Shown here: positions 19,374 to 28,519 of the stretch, one piece after another | How the letters are laid out: the number at the start of each line of letters is the position of its first letter | How positions within the stretch are numbered: position 1 is the stretch's first letter | NCBI GenBank assembly: GCA_041661275.1 | Contig: JBAZUU010000006.1 | Coordinates: 1-60,768, forward strand | Length of the DNA stretch: 60,768 bases | Reading direction: 5' to 3' | From: Parcubacteria group bacterium | Lineage (GTDB): Bacteria > Patescibacteriota > Minisyncoccia > Moranbacterales > UBA2206 | Position numbers and translations under genes: made by a program | The notes under the pieces: model-generated | What the model saw: only the letters and a program-made list of their open reading frames with translations | Told to the model about the DNA's origin: nothing | Databases searched by the model: none

Positions 19374-19889
19374 ATGAAAAAATTAGGTACATATTTGCTT
19401 TATGGAGGAGCTTTAGCGCTGGCTGTCGCTCTTATCTACATAAGCTACGGCCCGGATAAAAAAAGTGAATCAACTGTAAACACCAACGCTCAAGGAAGCA
19501 ATTCCGCAGCAACTCAAAACCAAGCAACCGTACCGGCGGAAAAAATCCAAGTCTTTCTTTTTCACGCCACCCAACGTTGCTCTTCGTGTATTGCTATTGG
19601 AAAGTTCGCCAAGGAAACAGTGGAACAAAAATTTCCCGAAGAATTGAAATCGGGGAAAATTGAATTTAAGGAAATAAATATCGATTTGCCAGAAAACAAG
19701 GAACTGGCGACTAAATTCAAAGCAACTGGATCAGCTCTTTTCATTAATCCGATTATCAATGAAAAAGACAATATCCAGGAAGATACGCAAGTCTGGCGAT
19801 TGGTATCCAACGAGCCAGGCTTCATCAGTTATCTTGAGAATAAATTAAAAGGAATGATCGGCAGCGAAGCGTCCGCGCAGGAGAAATAA
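19374..19889 (+). CDS. Membrane-anchored or secreted CxxC protein, hypothetical
   Basis: It has an N-terminal hydrophobic anchor and a CSSC motif. Confidence 0.5.
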   Translation: MKKLGTYLLYGGALALAVALIYISYGPDKKSESTVNTNAQGSNSAATQNQATVPAEKIQVFLFHATQRCSSCIAIGKFAKETVEQKFPEELKSGKIEFKEINIDLPENKELATKFKATGSALFINPIINEKDNIQEDTQVWRLVSNEPGFISYLENKLKGMIGSEASAQEK

Positions 19890-19922
19890 AATAAAAAAAT
19901 AGGATTTTTAATTGAAAATTAA

Positions 19923-20435
19923 ATGAAAACCAATAGTAAAATTTGGGCGATAGGGATTGCCGCTACATCCATGTTGATTGCCGGTTCAGCCAAGGCGGTC
20001 TGCCCGATTTGCACCGTGGCGGTAGGAGCAGGCGTAGGATTCTCCCGCTGGCTGGGAATTGATGACACGGTAACAGGACTTTGGGTAGGTGGACTGACGG
20101 TTTCCATGATCATGTGGACGATCAGCTGGATGGATAAGAAAAACTTTCATTTCATGGGGAGAAAAATTCTCACCGTAGTCGGATACTACGCTTTGATTGT
20201 CGCGCCTCTGTATTGGATGGGCATCATGGGACATCCGTTTAACACTTTGTGGGGAATGGATAAGTTGCTTTTGGGAACTATCATCGGGAGTGTCGGCTTT
20301 TTCCTGGGCGGCATCTGGTATTATCGGATCAAAGCCAAGAATGGCGGTCATTCCTTTTTCCCTTTTCAAAAGGTTGTTATGCCGATAAGTCCGTTGATTA
20401 TCTTGAGCATTTTTTTCTATTTTTTAACCAAATAG
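19923..20435 (+). CDS. Integral membrane protein with a CPIC motif, hypothetical
   Basis: It has a signal-like N-terminus, a CPIC motif and several TM helices. Confidence 0.5.
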   Translation: MKTNSKIWAIGIAATSMLIAGSAKAVCPICTVAVGAGVGFSRWLGIDDTVTGLWVGGLTVSMIMWTISWMDKKNFHFMGRKILTVVGYYALIVAPLYWMGIMGHPFNTLWGMDKLLLGTIIGSVGFFLGGIWYYRIKAKNGGHSFFPFQKVVMPISPLIILSIFFYFLTK

Positions 20436-20439
20436 CAGC

Positions 20440-21156
20440 ATGGAATTTCTCAATAGTTTAATCGATCAATATAATTTTCCGTTGCTTTCTGCTTTTATTT
20501 TGGGCGTGATGACTTCCATCAGTCCTTGTCCTTTGGCAACAAACATTACCGCCATTGCCTACATTTCCAAAGATATAAAAACTCCCAAGTATACCCTCAT
20601 TAGTGGACTGATGTATACCCTGGGCCGAGCGATAAGTTATACGCTTCTGGCAACGCTTATTTATTTCGGACTCTCCTCTTTTGAAATCGCCAAGATTTTT
20701 CAAGGCTGGGGCGACAAGGTTTTGGGAATAGTTTTGATCTTGATCAGCCTGACAATGTTTGGGATAATCAAAATCAATTTCGGATCAAAAAGTGAAAAAA
20801 TCGAAAAGATGAAAGAGTGGCTGGCTAGCAAAGGTTATCTGGGTGCGATGCTTCTGGGGATGCTGTTCGCCCTGGCCTTTTGCCCCTACTCCGGAGTGTT
20901 GTTTTTTGGGATACTTATTCCCTTAGTTCTCAAATCAGCCGAGAGTCTGCTATTGCCGCCCTTGTTCGCTCTCGGTACCGGACTACCCGTCATTATTTTC
21001 GCTTTCATTCTGGCTTTCGGCGTGGGAAAGGTGGGCAAGATGTATAACGCCATGGGCAAGATTGAAAAAGTGATGCGGTATAGCGTGGCGACAATTTTTC
21101 TTATAACAGGAATTTATTATCTCCAATATCTCGTTAAATATTTAATCAATTTATAA
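20440..21156 (+). CDS. CcdA/DsbD-family transmembrane thiol-disulfide transfer protein
   Basis: It is a multi-TM protein with an SPCPLATN motif and a second FCPY motif. Confidence 0.6.
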   Translation: MEFLNSLIDQYNFPLLSAFILGVMTSISPCPLATNITAIAYISKDIKTPKYTLISGLMYTLGRAISYTLLATLIYFGLSSFEIAKIFQGWGDKVLGIVLILISLTMFGIIKINFGSKSEKIEKMKEWLASKGYLGAMLLGMLFALAFCPYSGVLFFGILIPLVLKSAESLLLPPLFALGTGLPVIIFAFILAFGVGKVGKMYNAMGKIEKVMRYSVATIFLITGIYYLQYLVKYLINL

Positions 21157-21166
21157 AATTAAAACT

Positions 21167-21532
21167 ATGAATGAACAACAAAAACAAGACCCTAAGTTTT
21201 CCAAATTTCACGGCGTTGACCGGGAAGAAATCCAATGGAATCCGGAAATAAATGAAGATAAGTGCGTCGGTTGCGGCATGTGCGCCACTTCTTGCGGACG
21301 GGGCGTGTACAAATTCGACTATGAAAACAAAAAGTCAAAAGTCGCTAGTCCAAATAATTGCATGGTAGCCTGCCAGACTTGCGCCAATCTTTGCCCGGCC
21401 GAAGCTATCAGCTTTGCGGAAGAGGGAAAAACTAGAGAAAAAGCCCAGAAGATAGTCAGAGATTTTCAACTAATTCCAAAAGTGAAAGAGGAACTGGAGG
21501 CGAGAAAAGAAGAATTGGACCCAAAGGGTTGA
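21167..21532 (+). CDS. 4Fe-4S dicluster ferredoxin-domain protein
   Basis: CVGCGMCATSC and CQTCANLCP motifs. Confidence 0.75.
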   Translation: MNEQQKQDPKFSKFHGVDREEIQWNPEINEDKCVGCGMCATSCGRGVYKFDYENKKSKVASPNNCMVACQTCANLCPAEAISFAEEGKTREKAQKIVRDFQLIPKVKEELEARKEELDPKG

Positions 21533-21557
21533 ATTTAGTATCATTTTAATTTTTTTC

Positions 21558-22766
21558 GTGATTATGAAAAAACCCACACTTCCCGAATTGTTAAAAACCA
21601 CTTTTTATATCGGCGCCATCGGTTATGGCGGTCCGGCGATTTTGGCGTTGATGAAAAAAACTTTTGTCCAAAAAAAAGAATGGATTTCGGAAAAGGAATT
21701 TATGAACGCTTTGAGTCTGGCGCAAATTCTTCCTGGCGCGACCGGCGTGAGTCTCATGGGCTATACCGGTTTCAAATTACGAAAATTATGGGGCGGGATT
21801 TTGGCGCCGCTCGCGTTTATTTTGCCGGCATCCATTGCCATCACTGTGCTGGCCTGGGCTTATTTCACTTTTGGCAATCTCTCCTTCGTCAAAGCGCTTT
21901 TCGCCGGTCTGGGAGCGCTGGTGGTCGCCCTTCTCGTCAATGCCACACTAATTCTGGGCAAATCGGTTTTTAAGCATCTTGACCGAAAAGATATTAAGGG
22001 ACTAATTATAAGTTGTGCAACCTTTGTTGGAGTATTTTTTCTGGGCATAAATGTCATCTGGCTGATTCTTATTGCCGGCTTTCTGGGTTTTGTTTTCTTT
22101 TATTTCACCCGCGAATTTGAAGACGAAAAAGCAAGGAAGGGAGAAGCATTGCTAGCCGAACCGAATATTTTGAAACGGGAATCTTTATCGGCCAAAGATT
22201 TTACACCTGTTATTTTAGCGGTACTGATTTTTATAGCCGGTTTGTTTATACCGTACACGCGCAGTCTTATCACCGCATTTTTAGGTATCGGCAGCTTGGC
22301 TTTTGGCGGCGGGTTTACTACTATTCCTCTTATTCAACATCAAGTGGTGGATGCGCATGGCTGGCTCACGGTCAAACAGTTTGTAGATGGTATTGCTCTC
22401 GGGCAGATAACACCCGGACCGGTTTTCATTACCGCCACTTTTATCGGTTACCGCGTGGCGGGGATATTGGGAGCACTTTTCGCTACTCTGGCTATTTTTG
22501 CTCCGTCGCTTGCCGCCATGATCGCTCTCGCCGACATTCACGGCCGGGTGCAAAACCTCAAAATCGTAAAAGTTATCGTCAAAGGATTTTTGTCGGGATT
22601 TATTGGGCTATTGATAGCGGTCACTCTGCAGTTCGCTTTCAAATCGCTCATCAGCTGGCAGGCTTGGCTGATATTTGCCTTGTCAATAGTCTGGTTGCTC
22701 ATTCTCAAAAAAGAATCAGTTTGGGCGATTCTAGGGACAGCAATTTTGTCATTTTTTATTTTCTAA
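21558..22766 (+). CDS. chrA: Chromate transporter ChrA (two CHR domains)
   Basis: GGPAILALM and LAQILPG motifs are present and repeated in the second half (GGGFTTIPL, LGQITPGP). Confidence 0.8.
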   Translation: MIMKKPTLPELLKTTFYIGAIGYGGPAILALMKKTFVQKKEWISEKEFMNALSLAQILPGATGVSLMGYTGFKLRKLWGGILAPLAFILPASIAITVLAWAYFTFGNLSFVKALFAGLGALVVALLVNATLILGKSVFKHLDRKDIKGLIISCATFVGVFFLGINVIWLILIAGFLGFVFFYFTREFEDEKARKGEALLAEPNILKRESLSAKDFTPVILAVLIFIAGLFIPYTRSLITAFLGIGSLAFGGGFTTIPLIQHQVVDAHGWLTVKQFVDGIALGQITPGPVFITATFIGYRVAGILGALFATLAIFAPSLAAMIALADIHGRVQNLKIVKVIVKGFLSGFIGLLIAVTLQFAFKSLISWQAWLIFALSIVWLLILKKESVWAILGTAILSFFIF

Positions 22767-22787
22767 TCATTAAACATATTTAAACAT

Positions 22788-23708
22788 ATGGCGGATCAAA
22801 ATCATTCACATTCCGAAATAGAAAAAGGCGAGGCGACTAAGAACCTGGCATTTGCCATCGGACTCAATATCATAATCGTGGCGTTTGAAATCATCTTCGG
22901 GTTGCTTTCGCGCAGTATGGCGCTCATATCCGAAGCCATCCATAATTTTACGGATGTTGGATCAATGGGCTTGAGTTTCTGGGGTGAGAAACTGGCCGAT
23001 CGTCCACAAACCAACAGTAAAACTTTCGGCTACAAAAGAGCGGAAGTGATCATCGCTTTCACGAACGGCGGCATACTTCTTGCGGTCACGATATTCATCA
23101 TCATCGAAGCGGTGGGGAGACTGCTCCATCCTGAAACGGTCGCGGGTTTTCAGATGCTTATCGCCGCCGTTGTCGCATTAGTCGGAAACGGAATCGCGAC
23201 CTATATACTGGAGAAAGATTCACATAAAAACCTCAATCTTAAAAGTGCCTGGCTCCACTCTTTTCAGGACGCTATATTCTCTCTAGGTGTGTTGGCCGCC
23301 GCCTTAATTATCTATTTTACCGGTTGGAACTGGGTTGATCCGGCACTCTCACTCATTATTTCCGTTTTTCTGCTGAAAGAAATTTATTCTCTGGTGATGG
23401 AGTCGGTGGAAATGCTTCTCGATTCGGTACCGTCAGATGTCGATTTTTTGGAAGTGCAAAAATCACTCCTGGCGGAAGAAGGCATTCAGGAAGTGCATGA
23501 TCTCCATATCTGGCAAACCAATACCGACAACCGTTTTTTGAGCGCCCACCTTATGACCGGACAGTCTGACGACTCCCAAAGAATCAATATGATCGTTTCT
23601 ATTCAAAAGATGCTCCGAGAAAAATATCGCATCAACCATGCCACGCTTCAGGCAGTTTCCCAACAGGAAGCCCAAAGGCTGGATTTGAAATGCGAACATT
23701 GTAATTAA
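22788..23708 (+). CDS. Cation diffusion facilitator family metal efflux transporter (CzcD/ZitB-like)
   Basis: It has the six-TM CDF core with HNFTDV and HSFQDA motifs and a C-terminal cytoplasmic domain. Confidence 0.85.
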   Translation: MADQNHSHSEIEKGEATKNLAFAIGLNIIIVAFEIIFGLLSRSMALISEAIHNFTDVGSMGLSFWGEKLADRPQTNSKTFGYKRAEVIIAFTNGGILLAVTIFIIIEAVGRLLHPETVAGFQMLIAAVVALVGNGIATYILEKDSHKNLNLKSAWLHSFQDAIFSLGVLAAALIIYFTGWNWVDPALSLIISVFLLKEIYSLVMESVEMLLDSVPSDVDFLEVQKSLLAEEGIQEVHDLHIWQTNTDNRFLSAHLMTGQSDDSQRINMIVSIQKMLREKYRINHATLQAVSQQEAQRLDLKCEHCN

Positions 23709-23722
23709 TAGCTTCTAATCTT

Positions 23723-24691
23723 ATGAACATATTTTATCCCATTCAACTATTCGCCGATTGGCTGACTTATTCAATCTTTAACATCATTCCTAAAACGTTG
23801 CTGGCCAGCGCAGTTAATTTTTTCATCTTTGATACTATTAAGATAATTTTGCTTTTGATTGTGATAATCTTTATTGTGTCGATTGTTCGTTCATATCTTC
23901 CACCCGAGAAAATCAGAAACATTCTCTCGCACGAAAAAAAATATGTGGGAAACATCTTAGCATCGCTCCTTGGGATCATCACACCATTTTGCTCATGTTC
24001 AGCAGTACCACTATTTTTAGGTTTTGTGCAGGCAGGAGTCCCTTTAGGCACTACTTTTTCTTTTCTAGTTGCTTCCCCAATGATCAATGAAGTGGCGTTG
24101 GTGCTTCTCCTTGGGATGTTCGGCTGGAAAATTGCTCTCATTTATATCATAAGCGGGCTTTTGATTGCGATATTCTCTGGCATGGTTATTGAGAAGATGG
24201 ATGTGAGATCATTAGTGGAAGAGTTCGCGCTTAACGGAAACGGAAGAGACATCGATCTTCCAGAATTAAAATGGAAACAAAGAGTCAAATACGCCAAAAG
24301 TTATACTTTGGACATCGTGAAAAAAGTCTGGCTGTATATCGTTATTGGAGTCGGACTGGGCGCTTGGATTCATGGTTATGTGCCAGCTGATTTTTTGGCG
24401 CAATACGCCGGCAGCGACAAATGGTATGCTGTGCCATTGGCCACTCTCATTGGCATTCCACTTTATTCCAACGCAGCTGGAGTCATTCCGCTGGTCGGAG
24501 CGCTCACTGAGAAAGGCGTGGCCATGGGAACAAGCCTGGCTTTCATGATGGCAGTGACGGCGCTTTCGCTTCCAGAGTTTATGATTTTGAAAAAAGTGAT
24601 GAAAGTGAAGCTGATTGTCATTTTCGCGAGCGTTGTGGGAATTGGCATAATTTTCACAGGCTACTTGTTTAATTTCATTTTAGGGAACTAG
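23723..24691 (+). CDS. DUF318/ArsP-type permease
   Basis: It is a multi-TM protein with a TPFCSCSAVPLF motif. Confidence 0.7.
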   Translation: MNIFYPIQLFADWLTYSIFNIIPKTLLASAVNFFIFDTIKIILLLIVIIFIVSIVRSYLPPEKIRNILSHEKKYVGNILASLLGIITPFCSCSAVPLFLGFVQAGVPLGTTFSFLVASPMINEVALVLLLGMFGWKIALIYIISGLLIAIFSGMVIEKMDVRSLVEEFALNGNGRDIDLPELKWKQRVKYAKSYTLDIVKKVWLYIVIGVGLGAWIHGYVPADFLAQYAGSDKWYAVPLATLIGIPLYSNAAGVIPLVGALTEKGVAMGTSLAFMMAVTALSLPEFMILKKVMKVKLIVIFASVVGIGIIFTGYLFNFILGN

Positions 24692-24911
24692 TTTATTTGC
24701 GATAAGGTCCTGACTCTTTTCATGATCCGGAAAAAGATAAATAGTGTGCGCCACCGTGGGGTAAGATTGCATAGGGGATAACTGACTTGCTAATTACTGC
24801 AAGTAAGCTACAATGGCGACACCTTGAAAAGCTAATTATTTTTTTAGCCAAATAGAGATAGTTTCTTCTCAATTTATTGCGGTAAAGTTCGCGAGTCTAT
24901 TCGTTCTCAAA

Positions 24912-25176
24912 CACCTCCTTTCTAGGGAGATTTTGACAATAGTCTAGAAATGTTTCTTAGTAGCAGTTATGTCCCTCATAGGATGTAATGGGAAGCATTG
25001 AGTATTGTCCGGCGGTCGAACTCCGATTCTATCGGAGAACTGCCAAGGGCTTAACTGAGCCAAATAATCAGTAGCCATACCTCTTGTACAAGGGTATGCA
25101 TAGACTCGGGACTAATCGCAAAAGAATGTGATTTACTTTGCTTAAAGCAAGAACACCTTAAATGGTGTTTTTTGCG
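24912..25176 (+). ncRNA. 16S 3' tail plus structured trailer RNA, copy C
   Basis: It shares the core and helix pattern and contains GGACTAATCGCAAAAGAATGTGAT. Its terminator is the same as in copy B. Confidence 0.6.
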
Positions 25177-25246
25177 TTGGCTAATTCATATAACTCCCTA
25201 GAATCGTCCCAAAATAGAGGGAGTTTTTGGCTTTTTAATATTTATT

Positions 25247-25306
25247 ACTCCGCTCCGCTTTGAAATATATTTAACACTTGACCGTATTATATAATGGGTA
25301 TATATT
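25247..25306 (+). promoter_or_regulatory. Diverged copy of the motif plus promoter
   Basis: ACTCCGCTCCGC ... TTGACC (25278), then a 17 nt spacer and TATATT (25301). It lies downstream of trailer copy C. Confidence 0.4.
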
Positions 25307-25356
25307 CATAATATAGACTCAGCTAAAAAGCTAAAATAGAAAGGCAGGTGATAATT

Positions 25357-25614
25357 ATGCCAAATAGAGATAAAACAGGTCCAATGGGAATGGGTTCTGG
25401 TACAGGCAGAGGAATGGGTCCTTGCGGAAGAGGAGCTGGTTCAGGTTTAGGAATGGGCAGAGGCTATGGCAGAGCGATGTGCGGTTGGTTCTATCGGAAA
25501 TACCAAGCAATGCCGAAAGATGAAAGAAAAGAGTTGCTAAAATCAGAAATTGAAGACTTGAAACAAGAAATGCAAATGGTGGAGGAAGAACTGAAAGGAC
25601 TGGAAAAGAAATAA
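25357..25614 (+). CDS. DUF5320-like Gly-rich protein with a C-terminal coiled coil
   Basis: MPNRDKTGPMGMGSGTGRGMGPCGRG N-terminus. Confidence 0.6.
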   Translation: MPNRDKTGPMGMGSGTGRGMGPCGRGAGSGLGMGRGYGRAMCGWFYRKYQAMPKDERKELLKSEIEDLKQEMQMVEEELKGLEKK

Positions 25615-25706
25615 TTTCCATCGGAAGCAGTCTTTCTCCTTCTTTAGCTAGCAAGGAAGGAGAAGATTGTTTTTGATGATATAATAAAGTAAACTAAGAA
25701 AATTTT

Positions 25707-25982
25707 ATGACAAGACCAAAATTATGTAAGCGACTACGCTTTAAGCCCAAGGCTCATTATTTCAAGCCCCAAGGCATTCCAATGTATGAATTGGAAGAAG
25801 TGATTTTGACCAAGGAAGAAATGGAAGCAATTAAACTTAAAGACTATGATAATTTAGAACAAGTTGAGGCTTCAGAAAAAATGAATACTTCCCAGAGCAC
25901 TTTTCAGCGGATTCTGTCTTCCGCCAGAATTAAAATTGCCGAGGCGATTGTTAAAGGCAAAGCGTTAAGAATTGAAGAATAA
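25707..25982 (+). CDS. DUF134 (UPF0251) putative DNA-binding protein
   Basis: It has the KPxxxYFKPxGIP N-terminus and a sigma-like HTH (STFQRIL). Confidence 0.65.
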   Translation: MTRPKLCKRLRFKPKAHYFKPQGIPMYELEEVILTKEEMEAIKLKDYDNLEQVEASEKMNTSQSTFQRILSSARIKIAEAIVKGKALRIEE

Positions 25983-25994
25983 AAATAAAAAATT

Positions 25995-26243
25995 ATGATA
26001 ACCTTTTTCGGTATTTTTAGCGGGATTCTCAACACCATCAGATTGTTTCCCCAGGTATATAAAAGCTGGAAAACAAAAAAGACAACAGACTTATCAGGTT
26101 ATTTCGTGGCTATTTTATTTCTTCAATCTGTTTTTATTATACTTTACGGCATATACAAGCCAGACCCGATTATCCTTTGGACAAATGTCAGTCCGCTGGT
26201 CTGCTCTATTGTTCTGGCAAGATTGAAAATGAAATACGAATAA
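25995..26243 (+). CDS. SemiSWEET / PQ-loop family transporter
   Basis: It is an 82 aa three-TM protein with a PQ motif (FPQVYKSWKTKKT). Confidence 0.7.
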   Translation: MITFFGIFSGILNTIRLFPQVYKSWKTKKTTDLSGYFVAILFLQSVFIILYGIYKPDPIILWTNVSPLVCSIVLARLKMKYE

Positions 26244-26295
26244 ATTAAAAATAATGCTATAATTTACTCGCATTTAATCATTAACAAAAAACAAT

Positions 26296-26694
26296 ATGAA
26301 AGGATTTAACGCCAACATTGAAAAGGAGACTTTGAAAAACGGGAATTTTCGCAAGGTGCTCTATACTGGCAAACACAGCCAGTTGGTTCTTATGAGTCTT
26401 AAGCCAAAAGAAGAAATCGGAATGGAAGTTCACGAAGAAAACGACCAGTTTTTCAGATTTGAAAAAGGCGAGGGAAAATGCATTATTGACGGCAATGAAT
26501 ATGAATTGAAAGATGGTGTGGCGATTGTTGTCCCCGCTGGTGCCCAGCACAATATCATCAATACTTCCGAAACCGAGGATTTGAAAATGTATACGATTTA
26601 TTCTCCAGCTCATCACAAAGACGGCATAGTGAGAGCTACCAAGGAAGAAGCGGAGGCTAATGACGCTGAATTTGACGGAGTGACAACGGAATAA
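26296..26694 (+). CDS. Cupin-domain protein
   Basis: It is of cupin size and has cupin-like motifs (EVHEENDQFF ... PAGAQHNI). Confidence 0.7.
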   Translation: MKGFNANIEKETLKNGNFRKVLYTGKHSQLVLMSLKPKEEIGMEVHEENDQFFRFEKGEGKCIIDGNEYELKDGVAIVVPAGAQHNIINTSETEDLKMYTIYSPAHHKDGIVRATKEEAEANDAEFDGVTTE

Positions 26695-26705
26695 TTTCCA
26701 ATCGT

Positions 26706-27080
26706 ATGAAGAAAATAATTTTAGCTTTAGTAATCATTGCCGTGCTGGTAGTTGCCAGCGGATTTTTCAGTCTCTTTTATACTGTCCGCAAGACCTGCAA
26801 TTCTGCCAAAGAAAAACACGGAGGCAAATGTCAGACAGCTCTCGTAGCAGTATTGGAAGATAAAAAAGCTACTCCTAAAGAAAAGAATGATGCTATCTGG
26901 GCATTGGGACAAATGGCAGATTCGGAATCTCTGCCTGCTTTAGAAAAAATATATGCAGGCAAAGTTCCTGAAGGCAGAGAACCTCTAAATGAAGTCGTCA
27001 GTCAATATGAAATAGAAAAAGCCATCCGCTGGGTGAAAAATGGAAATATTACAAGTTGGATGTATGGGTGCCTAAAGTAA
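26706..27080 (+). CDS. Membrane-anchored HEAT-repeat-like protein
   Basis: It has an N-terminal TM helix and an AIWALGQMADSESLPALEKI HEAT-like repeat. Confidence 0.5.
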   Translation: MKKIILALVIIAVLVVASGFFSLFYTVRKTCNSAKEKHGGKCQTALVAVLEDKKATPKEKNDAIWALGQMADSESLPALEKIYAGKVPEGREPLNEVVSQYEIEKAIRWVKNGNITSWMYGCLK

Positions 27081-27100
27081 TCGTTAAAAACTATAAAATT

Positions 27101-27505
27101 ATGCCAAGTTTTGAAATACCTGACAATACAATAAAAAAATCGGAAGCGGAGATTAAGAATGAAAAAGAGGATAGAAAGAAAAGAATTATCGCTTTAGCAA
27201 AAGAACTTAGCGAAAGCAGGGAGAGCATCTCCTTCCCAGGCATTGATGCTGAAAGCTATCAAAAATTAAAAGCCAATGACGAGGAATTTCCAGGTTTTGT
27301 TACTCCCATAGACGAATTAGTCCAAAGGTTTGAAAACGAGGGAATAAAAGTAGTCTTTGGAAGAGACCCTGAAAGTGGCAATGTTTTCATTTTACCGTTT
27401 GGGAGCAATGATGTTGAAAATGACAGTATTTTTCCTAAACATTTACAAATTGATGAATCTATGGACAGCAGGCTCAAGGAGTTGATTTTGGCAAGCAGAA
27501 GTTGA
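27101..27505 (+). CDS. Hypothetical protein, paralog of the N-terminal tip plus C-terminal extension of the 16318-17628 hydrolase
   Basis: MPSFEIPD matches MPNFENPS. The C-terminal ~110 aa are highly similar to the hydrolase C-terminus (KVVFG.DPESGNVFILPFGSNDVE...SRLKELIL). The hydrolase core is absent. Confidence 0.6.
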   Translation: MPSFEIPDNTIKKSEAEIKNEKEDRKKRIIALAKELSESRESISFPGIDAESYQKLKANDEEFPGFVTPIDELVQRFENEGIKVVFGRDPESGNVFILPFGSNDVENDSIFPKHLQIDESMDSRLKELILASRS

Positions 27506-27561
27506 AACCGCATCTTTGAATAGTCGCAGGAACCGCCAAAACTGGCGGTTTTTTGCTATTT

Positions 27562-27599
27562 CCTCCGTTCCCCACTGGAGTGGATAACTTTCGTTGACT
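27562..27599 (+). promoter_or_regulatory. Orphan copy of the motif upstream of the decayed integrase
   Basis: CCTCCGTTCCCCACTGGAGTGGATAACTTTCGTTGACT is nearly identical to the 2615 copy, but no trailer RNA precedes it. Confidence 0.5.
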
Positions 27600-27630
27600 T
27601 CGTTGCCCCAAGAGCTAACATCGCCTTGCG

Positions 27631-28307
27631 ATGTTACAAAACACTAAAACTAAAAAAAGAATAAGCGACATGGCCGAGGAATACCTGACGTGGTTGCAAG
27701 TGGAGCGCAGATTCGCGAAAAGTTCTATCGTTAGTTACCGGTCTCGGCTAAAGTGCTTCGTTAGGGATGTGGGCGATATAAGACTGGATGAATTTACGAT
27801 GGAACACATCTATAAGCTAAAGCAGATATTGCACGAAAGAGAAAATACGGAGGTGTTTATGGGGGTATGTCTTGCGGTTATCAAAGGACTACTGAAATAT
27901 TATCGTGACCACTACTCCACTCCGCTCCAAATCAATCCGGATCAAATAACTATTCCCAAGCGTCCTCGCAGAGAGGTCGTTTTTTTACCTCAGAAGAGAT
28001 TAAGAGATTTAGGGAATCCATTGATATAAAACCCTTATATGGATTAAGATTTAGGACTCTGGTGGAAGTTTTACTTGGGACTGGGATGAGAATCTCGGAA
28101 GCTCTTTCGCTCAGTAAAGATTCTATTGATTTTGCAACTCACGAAGCGAGAATCATTGGCAGGGGTAATAAGCAACGGGTGGTTTTTTTCACTGAGGAAT
28201 CGTTAGGATGGGTTCAGCAGTATTTTAATCTTATATTCTGGCCGCTTATAAATCTTATCCTTATTATCGCTTTCTATAAAAAATATTATTTCATACAGAA
28301 AAGATAA
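27631..28307 (+). pseudogene. Decayed tyrosine integrase, paralog of 2704-3591
   Basis: The N-terminus EEYLTWLQVERRFAKSSIVSYRSRLK matches the intact integrase. There is a frameshift in a T-run near 27985. The catalytic HxxR / Y region is missing after ...WVQQYFN. Confidence 0.8.
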
Positions 28308-28414
28308 AAATAAATAATGATCATAATATTATGGTTTTTAGCGGCTACGGGACATTTTCTTCTCGCTATTTTTAGTTTTTTTTCACTTCTTTTAAAAAAG
28401 CAGGGGATTAAATA

Positions 28415-28454
28415 TTATCGTATATAATCGTATGCAGTTGATTATATACGATAA
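28415..28454. promoter_or_regulatory. Perfect 15 bp inverted repeat upstream of fic (putative operator)
   Basis: TTATCGTATATAATC, 10 nt spacer, GATTATATACGATAA. A third half-site, ATCGTATATAAT, overlaps the -10 of the TTGACA (28462) promoter. Confidence 0.5.
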
Positions 28455-28519
28455 CCGACACTTGACAATTAGATACAATCGTATATAATTAGATATAGTT
28501 AAGTTATATCTAAACCTAT

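Noticed and set aside
25330-25356. Shared 5'-UTR string AATAGAAAGGCAGGTG (also at 40044-40059), nearly complementary to the 16S tail CACCTCCTTTCT
   Set aside because: It is probably just an extended Shine-Dalgarno region. With two occurrences and one interrupting base, a special link to the repeated 16S-tail RNAs is not supported.
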